DNA of 62,800 nucleotides. Source: an uncultured Alphaproteobacteria bacterium (GTDB lineage: Bacteria > Pseudomonadota > Alphaproteobacteria > Micavibrionales > UBA9664). The stretch's first letter is position 1; the number at the start of each line of letters is the position of its first letter. The stretch covers positions 1 to 62,800 of the forward strand of contig CAXGMH010000002.1 in assembly GCA_964010795.1 (NCBI GenBank). The letters run 5' to 3'. The translations under genes were made by a program, and so were the position numbers. This document shows positions 56,157 through 62,800 of this stretch, piece after piece. The notes beneath the pieces are model-generated. The model saw nothing but the letters and a program-made list of their open reading frames with translations, was not told where the DNA came from and searched no databases.

Positions 56157-57524
56157 ATGCGGTATATCTCTCAACAGACATTATGGGCTCTCTTACTGAC
56201 ACTCTTTTGCCTGGCGTCATTCAGCCATAGTGCGAGCGCAAATCCCAAATACGCTTCTATTGTCATTGATGCCGATACAGGCCGTATTTACCACCAACGT
56301 CACGCGGATAAGCGCTTACACCCCGCTTCTCTAACCAAGATGATGACGCTGGTTATGGTCTTTGATGCGCTAGAATCCGGACGCCTTACGCTCAATAGCC
56401 GTATTCCAATTTCCCGCCACGCAGCCGGCATGGTACCCAGCAAGCTCGGCCTTCCTTCAGGAAGCTCTATTCAAGTCAAGGACGCCATAGCAGCCCTTGT
56501 CACAAAATCAGCTAATGACGTCGCCGTTGCCATTGCCGAAAAACTCGGCGGCACAGAAGCACGCTTTGCGTGGCACATGACAAGCAAAGCAAGACAGATC
56601 GGCATGACACAAACTGTCTTTAAAAATGCATCGGGACTTCACCACCGTGAACAGATATCCACCGCGCGCGATATGGCCAGACTGGCTCGCTATATCATCC
56701 GCAAATACCCCGCTTATTATCCTTATTTTTCTATGCAGCGTTTCAGCTATCGCGGCAAAACCTACGAAAATCACAATCGCCTCATGCGCCGTTATGCGGG
56801 GATGGACGGCATGAAAACAGGCTATATCTCTGCTGCAGGATTTAATCTTGTAGCGTCAGCCGTGCAGGATAATCGTCGCTTGATCGGTGTGGTCTTTGGC
56901 GGCAAAACATCGCGGTCACGCAATGACCATATGGAGGCTTTGCTCAATACAGCCTTCGGCAAGGTTCAGCGTGAACAGCTTATTGCCAATGCAATACAAA
57001 CAGCCCCCCAACCATCACGCAAACCTACGGATCAAATGCAAGATGATTCTCAGCTGGCAGCTCTGAAAACCGTAGCGGATACGGGACTTGTATTCGGCCG
57101 CAACGCCCAGAGCGGAGAGCCTGTTTTGCTCTCTGACCTGATCGGCCAAGGTGATGTTGATCCGGAAATGCGCGAACGCTTTATGACAGGCCTGGTCGCA
57201 GCCACAGCCCATACAGGAACACAAAAGACCTTACCCTTTATAACTGAGCTTAATAGTACCCCCGCCAAAAAGGAAAGCTTCTATGCCGGCGACTGGTCTA
57301 TTCAGGTCGGCGCATACACAAGCCGTGTCGCTTCTGAAACAGCAATCCAGAAGGCCAAAGTCAAGCTGGCGCAAGCAGATTTCGGCCCCCTTACAGGCAG
57401 AATCGTCCCTGCAAGGCGCAGTGACGGCGTGCTATTCAGAGCACGCCTGACCGGACTGGATGAAAAAGCGGCCAATGATGCCTGCGCTCAATTAAAAGAC
57501 TGCCTAATCGTCCCGCCACGTTAA
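56157..57524 (+). CDS. D-alanyl-D-alanine carboxypeptidase (S11) with C-terminal SPOR domain
   Basis: Has a signal peptide, the SLTKMMT (SxxK), SAN and KTG motifs, and the SPOR-like C-terminus WSIQVGAYTSRVASETAIQKAK. Confidence 0.88.
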   Translation: MRYISQQTLWALLLTLFCLASFSHSASANPKYASIVIDADTGRIYHQRHADKRLHPASLTKMMTLVMVFDALESGRLTLNSRIPISRHAAGMVPSKLGLPSGSSIQVKDAIAALVTKSANDVAVAIAEKLGGTEARFAWHMTSKARQIGMTQTVFKNASGLHHREQISTARDMARLARYIIRKYPAYYPYFSMQRFSYRGKTYENHNRLMRRYAGMDGMKTGYISAAGFNLVASAVQDNRRLIGVVFGGKTSRSRNDHMEALLNTAFGKVQREQLIANAIQTAPQPSRKPTDQMQDDSQLAALKTVADTGLVFGRNAQSGEPVLLSDLIGQGDVDPEMRERFMTGLVAATAHTGTQKTLPFITELNSTPAKKESFYAGDWSIQVGAYTSRVASETAIQKAKVKLAQADFGPLTGRIVPARRSDGVLFRARLTGLDEKAANDACAQLKDCLIVPPR

Positions 57525-57539
57525 GAGAAAACCACACAA

Positions 57540-58313
57540 ATGAAAACGCATCCTCATAAAGGCAATGTACTTTTTTTAATTTTACTTGCTGTTGCCTTAT
57601 TTGCAGCCCTCAGCTATGCCGTAACACGCGGTGAACGTGGCGGCGTTGTTGATGTCACCAAAGAAAAGCTAGACCTATGGTCTTCCGAGATTATTCAATA
57701 CGCAACATTAATGGAGCAAACAGTAACGCGTTTGCGTCTTTCCAATGGATGCCGTGACACACAAATTTCTTTTCAACGAGATTGGGACGGTGATGGTACA
57801 ATCGAGGATAATGCCGATGACCAACATAACGGATTTGCTCCGAATGATGGTCGCTGTCATGTTTTTGATGTAAACGGAGGGGCATTGCCCTATCAAGCCG
57901 CGAGCACGGACTGGCTGGATCCGGCCCAATCAACAGCTACGACCTATGGCAACTTTTATTTCCACGGAGGAAGCTGTATTCGTAATGTGGGCACAAGTGG
58001 AACCGGAGGCCCCAGCGCATTTTGCGATTCTGATCCGGCAGGTTTTGCGGAGCTGTTTATGATGGTGTCAGGTTTAAGAGAAGAGCTATGCGCTTCCATT
58101 AATGAAAGGCTAATCGGCGATCCAACAATTCCAGTAGATGCTGTGCATTCCCATTCTCGAACAAGCTTTTACGGCACATATGACGGGGCCAGAGAAACAA
58201 GCGATACTGCGGGTCTGATTGATGGAAACCATACGCTTTGTTTTCAAGGCAATCCCACAAGCGATTTCATGCCCAGCGCCTATCATTTTTATCATATTCT
58301 CATCGCGCGTTAG
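57540..58313 (+). CDS. Pilin-like secreted protein, paralogue P3
   Basis: MKTHPHKG then NVLFLILLAVALFAALSYAVTRGERGGVVDVT, nearly identical in protein sequence to the P1 N-terminus. It has 6 Cys and the C-terminus SAYHFYHILIAR. Confidence 0.4.
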   Translation: MKTHPHKGNVLFLILLAVALFAALSYAVTRGERGGVVDVTKEKLDLWSSEIIQYATLMEQTVTRLRLSNGCRDTQISFQRDWDGDGTIEDNADDQHNGFAPNDGRCHVFDVNGGALPYQAASTDWLDPAQSTATTYGNFYFHGGSCIRNVGTSGTGGPSAFCDSDPAGFAELFMMVSGLREELCASINERLIGDPTIPVDAVHSHSRTSFYGTYDGARETSDTAGLIDGNHTLCFQGNPTSDFMPSAYHFYHILIAR

Positions 58314-59234
58314 TCAGCGCAAAACACGGTCTGCATAATTTGATACATCATAGATTTTCACCGGATAACCTCGGCGTTCGCGCAAAACTTTATGTATCAA
58401 GGCCCAGTCTATTTCGTGCTTTTTCCGTTCGCCGACTGTATCCGTAAGCCACGCAAGAAAGCCTTTTGGGACATTGTAAATCGGCGCATCACCTTGACGC
58501 TCAAAAGAGATCGCCTGCTCAACGGGCGGATGTACTTCCATGTAAAGTGCGCTTTCAATCCAAGCAAGCTTCACCGGTTGATCGACCACGCGTACGGGCA
58601 TTCCCTTCTCGGCGAGGGCATATAGCTGTTTGATATCTTCGGGGTATAGACGAATACAGCCCGAGCTGACACGGCGGCCTATGCCCCAAGGTTTATCCGT
58701 TCCATGCATCAAATAAGCGGGCCAGCCAAGATAAACGGCATGAGAGCCCAGTGGATTATCAGGCCCCGGCGGTACGGTTTGCGGCAGATCAGGATTATCT
58801 TCGCGCATTGATGGTGTCGGCGTCCAGCTTGGGTTAGGGCGTTTCCAGCTGACTTTCGTCTCGCCCAACGGCGTATCAAACCCCTCACGACCAATCCCGA
58901 TCGGGAAGCTGCGCGGCGCTTCATCCCGGCTTTCAGGGAAATAGTAAAGTCGCATTTCTGCCAAATTAATGACGATGCCTTTTTGAGGAGCATCAGGAAA
59001 TAAATGCCATTTCGGCAAAATCACATCTGTGCCTTCGCCGGGAAGCCAAGGATCAACACCCGGATTGGCAGCCCTGATCTCGGTAAAGCCCAGACCATGC
59101 TCTCTTGCGATATTGAGTAATGTATCACTACGGCTGGCCGTCATTTCCTCCATTGAGCCGACACCGCCAGCATGAACAGATGCTGACAGGCCAAAAGACA
59201 GGCAAAAACATAGTAATAAAATCACAAATTGCAT
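58314..59234 (-). CDS. L,D-transpeptidase with LysM domain
   Basis: Has a signal peptide, a LysM-like domain (DTLLNIAREHGLGFTEIRAANPGV), and the YkuD catalytic motif HGT...GRRVSSGCIRL. Confidence 0.88.
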   Translation of the reverse strand: MQFVILLLCFCLSFGLSASVHAGGVGSMEEMTASRSDTLLNIAREHGLGFTEIRAANPGVDPWLPGEGTDVILPKWHLFPDAPQKGIVINLAEMRLYYFPESRDEAPRSFPIGIGREGFDTPLGETKVSWKRPNPSWTPTPSMREDNPDLPQTVPPGPDNPLGSHAVYLGWPAYLMHGTDKPWGIGRRVSSGCIRLYPEDIKQLYALAEKGMPVRVVDQPVKLAWIESALYMEVHPPVEQAISFERQGDAPIYNVPKGFLAWLTDTVGERKKHEIDWALIHKVLRERRGYPVKIYDVSNYADRVLR

Positions 59235-59260
59235 AACAATGAGTTATAGGGGCGAATGCT

Positions 59261-59644
59261 CTATTTGACCAGTTTTAAATGGAGATTCCCTCTCACCATC
59301 CTATTATCCAGATCTTTATCGTCAATGGCTGAAAAAGCGGCAAGTGCCTCGCGGAAATTGTCTGTTGATATGATTTGTTTTGAACGATCAAAGACACGAT
59401 AGAAGCATTTCTTTCCCTTTTGCGAGCGCCGTTTTTCGATCGCAGCAGAAAAATCCGTGCCTGCAACCGTCTTGTCGAGAACGGCAAATACACATCGGTT
59501 TTCTTCGCCGGAAATGCCATAATCACGCCAGCCCTTGCGCATCACACCCGTGGTATATGCACTAAGTACTGCCCTGAGCTCGCTCGGGTGAAATAAAGAC
59601 GAGGTTATCCTCATCCCAGGATGGACATCTGGCCGATCACGCAT
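59261..59644 (-). CDS. Hypothetical protein
   Basis: 127-aa ORF with no motif recognised. Confidence 0.4.
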   Translation of the reverse strand: MRDRPDVHPGMRITSSLFHPSELRAVLSAYTTGVMRKGWRDYGISGEENRCVFAVLDKTVAGTDFSAAIEKRRSQKGKKCFYRVFDRSKQIISTDNFREALAAFSAIDDKDLDNRMVRGNLHLKLVK

Positions 59645-59696
59645 AGTATTAGTTTAACACGAATTAAGCTTAAAAACCAACAAGGCGGAGGAAATT

Positions 59697-60254
59697 ATGG
59701 CTCTTTTAGAAACGCCACAATTCGATACGGGTGAGAAAGCCACGGATTTCAAACTGAAAAACATTGATGACAAGACCTATACGCTTGATGAACTCAAGGG
59801 GCGGGCGGGCACCGTCATCGCCTTTATCTGCAATCATTGCCCCTATGTGGAGGCAGTGGTCGACCGGCTTGTCGAGACGGCAAACAAGCTTGAACCCCTT
59901 GGCGTTAAGACAATTGCCATCATGCCTAATGATACCGATAACTATCCGGCTGACTCCTTTGAGAATATGAAGATCTTTGCAAAAAAGCATGGCTTTACTT
60001 TCCCGTATTTAATCGACGAGAGTCAGGATATTGCCAAGGCCTATGGCGCTGTGTGCACACCCGATATTTTCGGCTTTGATGCCCATTTGAAAATGGTTTA
60101 TCGGGGGCGTATCGATTCAGCCGGAAAGAATCCGCGTAATGCCGACACAAAAGCCGAATTGTTCGAGGCTATGTCACAAATCGCCAATGGTCAGGATCTC
60201 CATCAGCCACAACACCCATCAATGGGCTGTTCGATCAAGTGGCGTGAGGGGTAG
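59697..60254 (+). CDS. Thioredoxin-fold thiol-disulfide oxidoreductase (AhpC/TSA-like)
   Basis: FICNHCPYV is a CxxC motif in a thioredoxin-fold context. GGAGGA lies upstream of the ATG. Confidence 0.75.
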   Translation: MALLETPQFDTGEKATDFKLKNIDDKTYTLDELKGRAGTVIAFICNHCPYVEAVVDRLVETANKLEPLGVKTIAIMPNDTDNYPADSFENMKIFAKKHGFTFPYLIDESQDIAKAYGAVCTPDIFGFDAHLKMVYRGRIDSAGKNPRNADTKAELFEAMSQIANGQDLHQPQHPSMGCSIKWREG

Positions 60255-60351
60255 GATACCGAGAGTCGTTTTTTCTGTTCTTGACTCATTCGTCATTTCG
60301 GGCTGTTATGCAACACGTAAAAATGATGTTAAGACAGGATATTAAAAGACA

Positions 60352-61032
60352 ATGAATGATCTTTTAAAAGAAGCACAAGAAGAACTGCAACGCGAACGCT
60401 GGCACAGCCTCTGGAACCGTTATAAATTTCCTTTTTTCGGTATTATAGGCGCGCTCATTCTGGGTACAGCCGCATGGAGCTGGTGGGAATACGACCACAA
60501 TAGCCGTATGAACAGCGCGGGAGCAATCCTGCTTGAGGCGTTTTCCATACCACAAGGCGAGGCGCGCAACGAAGCTCTGAAAGGCACGTTGAGCGAGCTG
60601 CCCGCTAAAACGGATGCTCTGGTTAAAATGTTACTGGCGGGGCAAGCCCTACAAAGCGACTCCGATGATTTTGCGCAGGCTCAATACAGAGATATCGCAG
60701 CCGACCAGAATGCTGACCCGATTTTGCGCAATATGGCCCGGATCAATCACGCAGGAATCCTGCTCCGTAAAAAGGAAGTAACAGCAGCAGATATTCGCGA
60801 GATCCTCGAGCCTGTCTTAGAAGATCAAGAGAATGTATGGCATGGCCATGCATTGCTTTATCAGGCATTGGCAGAAGCGCATCAGGATCAAGACTACACA
60901 CAGGCAATCCTACATTTAGAACAGCTGCAAACGCGCTATGGCCCGTTCTCAAGCTTCCAACCTATCATCAGTGAACTGTTACCCCTTTATCAGTATCAGA
61001 TGACACAAAACGAGGTGAAAGATGCTCAATAA
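60352..61032 (+). CDS. YfgM-like membrane-anchored TPR protein
   Basis: One N-terminal TM helix after a basic helix, then a helical-repeat C-terminal domain. It sits in the conserved position upstream of bamB and der. Confidence 0.6.
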   Translation: MNDLLKEAQEELQRERWHSLWNRYKFPFFGIIGALILGTAAWSWWEYDHNSRMNSAGAILLEAFSIPQGEARNEALKGTLSELPAKTDALVKMLLAGQALQSDSDDFAQAQYRDIAADQNADPILRNMARINHAGILLRKKEVTAADIREILEPVLEDQENVWHGHALLYQALAEAHQDQDYTQAILHLEQLQTRYGPFSSFQPIISELLPLYQYQMTQNEVKDAQ

Positions 61033-62353
61033 AACTCTCTTATCACTGATCGCCGTCTTTTCGATTTCTTTGCTCACATCCGGCTGTTCAACATGGCTCG
61101 GCGAAGATGAGGGCCCCGGCCTTCCCGGTGAGCGCATTTCTATTCTAACACTGGAAGAAAGCCTGGAACCCGATGATGTCGCCCTTTCCGCAGAAGGCTT
61201 TATCGTCAGCGAAGCATGGGATAATCAATTCTGGCCACAAGCCGGTGGTTACCCGAACCATGCTATGCAGCATCTTGCTTTAACCACACAACAACCTAAA
61301 AAGCTCTGGAGCGTCAATATCGGACGCGGGAGCCAGAGCGACAACCCGCTTCTGACACAACCGATCCTCGTTGACGGCATCATCTATACAATGGACACCA
61401 ACAAAACCGTTACAGCATTTGATGCAGAAGACGGTGAGCGTATCTGGAAACATGACTTGCGCAAAGGGAATGACGAAACACTAAAAGGCGGTGGACTGGC
61501 TTTTGGTGGCTCTTACCTTTATGCGACAACGGGCGGGACAAAAGTCACCGCCTTGGGCCCGAAGACAGGTGAAGTTTTCTGGACGACACAGATCAGCAGC
61601 CCTTTGCGCGCTGCGCCTACTGCTTTTGAAGATCATGTCTATGTCTCAACACTGGATAATCGCGTCATCGCACTTGATAGCGAGACGGGCAATACAATAT
61701 GGAGCCATCAGGGATTACAAGAAGACGCTGGCTTTCTCGGCGCCCCCAGTCCTGCGGCAAATGGTAAAATCGTCGTACCGGCTTTCTCTTCCGGTGAAGT
61801 TTTTGCCCTGCGCCGCGAGAACGGCTCTGTTGCATGGTCAGATTCACTGGCAAGCCTGAGAACACGCACAGGCGCAGGGAGCCTCAATGACATTGTCGGC
61901 CATCCCGTGATTGATAAAGGTTTCGTTATCGTACAAAGCTATGGCGGACAGATCGTCGCCATTGACGAGCGCAGCGGTAATCGCGTCTGGGATCGTAATA
62001 TCGGCGGCCAGTCAACACCTTGGGTCGCAGGCAACCATCTCTTTACCCTGACCAAGAATAACGAGCTCTTGGCTTTGGGACGCGATAGTGGCGCGATCCG
62101 TTGGGTAAGGCAACTGCGCCGTTTCAAGGATCAAGATGACGCTTATGGCGCTATAAGCTGGGCAGGCCCAGTATTAGCCGGAGAACGTTTGCTGTTAATC
62201 AGCACTTTGGGCGATGTCGTTGCCGTATCACCAGAAGACGGATCAATCATAAGAGAATGGAATACAACCGGCTCGGTACATATTGCACCGATTGTGGCAA
62301 AGCAAACGCTCTATGTGCTCGATGATAACGGTCGTCTAACGGCATACAGATAA
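61022..62353 (+). CDS. bamB: Outer membrane protein assembly factor BamB (PQQ-like beta-propeller lipoprotein)
   Basis: Has the lipobox LLTSGCS and repeated beta-propeller blades (G...W pattern). It lies immediately upstream of der. Confidence 0.85.
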   Translation: MLNKTLLSLIAVFSISLLTSGCSTWLGEDEGPGLPGERISILTLEESLEPDDVALSAEGFIVSEAWDNQFWPQAGGYPNHAMQHLALTTQQPKKLWSVNIGRGSQSDNPLLTQPILVDGIIYTMDTNKTVTAFDAEDGERIWKHDLRKGNDETLKGGGLAFGGSYLYATTGGTKVTALGPKTGEVFWTTQISSPLRAAPTAFEDHVYVSTLDNRVIALDSETGNTIWSHQGLQEDAGFLGAPSPAANGKIVVPAFSSGEVFALRRENGSVAWSDSLASLRTRTGAGSLNDIVGHPVIDKGFVIVQSYGGQIVAIDERSGNRVWDRNIGGQSTPWVAGNHLFTLTKNNELLALGRDSGAIRWVRQLRRFKDQDDAYGAISWAGPVLAGERLLLISTLGDVVAVSPEDGSIIREWNTTGSVHIAPIVAKQTLYVLDDNGRLTAYR

Positions 62354-62387
62354 GCCGGATCGCGATAAACAAGAAAGTATTACAATA

Positions 62388-62800
62388 ATGCATACCCCTT
62401 TTCGCATTGCCCTGATAGGTCGTCCCAATGTTGGGAAATCAACATTGTTCAACAAGCTTTGCGGCAAAGCCTTGGCGATTGTTGATGACCGCCCCGGCGT
62501 TACGCGCGATTACCGCGAGGCACAGGCTAATCTGGCCGGACAAACCGTTACGCTTATCGACACAGCCGGACTTGAAGACGAAAAAGGCGAAACAATGTTT
62601 GGGCGTATGCGCCGACAAACAGAGCAGGCTATTGAAACAGCGGATATGCTCCTCTTTATGATTGACGGCCGCGAGGGCGTAACACCGCTTGATGCTCATT
62701 TTGCTGGACTGATCCGCAAGAACAAACAGCCAAAATTGCTTATCGTCAATAAATGCGAGAGCCAAAAAGGGTCTCTAGGACTGGCTGAGAGTTATCAGCT
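62388..62800 (+). CDS. der: Ribosome-associated GTPase Der/EngA, N-terminal part (runs off the window)
   Basis: The translation from ATG 62388 reads MHTPFRIALIGRPNVGKSTLFNKLCGKALAIVDDRPGVTRD...DTAGL, which covers G1-G3 of the first GTPase domain. There is no stop before the window end. Confidence 0.92.
   Translation, partial: MHTPFRIALIGRPNVGKSTLFNKLCGKALAIVDDRPGVTRDYREAQANLAGQTVTLIDTAGLEDEKGETMFGRMRRQTEQAIETADMLLFMIDGREGVTPLDAHFAGLIRKNKQPKLLIVNKCESQKGSLGLAESYQ

Noticed and set aside
1-62800. A search by eye for CRISPR arrays, tRNA/tmRNA genes, integrases, transposases, toxin-antitoxin pairs and known defence-system signatures.
   Set aside because: I saw no direct-repeat arrays, no GGTTCGAATCC-type T-arm contexts outside coding regions, and no recombinase motifs. 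Absence by eye is weak evidence and should be confirmed with tRNAscan-SE, Infernal and defence-finder tools.

Overview
This is a 62.8-kb chromosomal segment from an alphaproteobacterium. The 5' end of a 16S rRNA gene sits at the left edge on the minus strand. I call about 70 protein genes. The backbone is housekeeping: ettA, uvrD, rmuC, def, ubiA, SCO1, phoH, nrdB/nrdA, purF-cvpA, radA, rpe, rsmB, htpX, xthA, a CaCA antiporter, hflKC, mrp, truA, pyk, thyA-folA, a phasin, a PBP5-type carboxypeptidase with SPOR domain, an L,D-transpeptidase, bamB and der. By eye I found no CRISPR array, tRNA, integrase or transposase. Several lineage-specific inserts look more interesting than the backbone. (1) A direct 249-bp repeat of the radA 3' end brackets a one-gene cassette, and the orphan radA copy differs from radA at 15 synonymous sites and 1 non-synonymous site. 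(2) There is a tandem pair of membrane-associated SprT-like (HELAH...GHGPLF) proteins. (3) nrdB and nrdA are separated by two unrelated genes, one an ATP-grasp/TTL-like protein whose motif order looks circularly permuted, and each nrd gene keeps its own tandem NrdR boxes. (4) An orphan 932-aa DotA/TraY-like polytopic protein is bracketed by perfect inverted copies of a palindromic repeat. (5) Three paralogous pilin-like secreted proteins have a non-canonical KG|NVLF leader. (6) A phasin gene has two TTGTGC-N3-GNACAA operator-like sites. All functional calls rest on motif recognition by eye. No database search was run.
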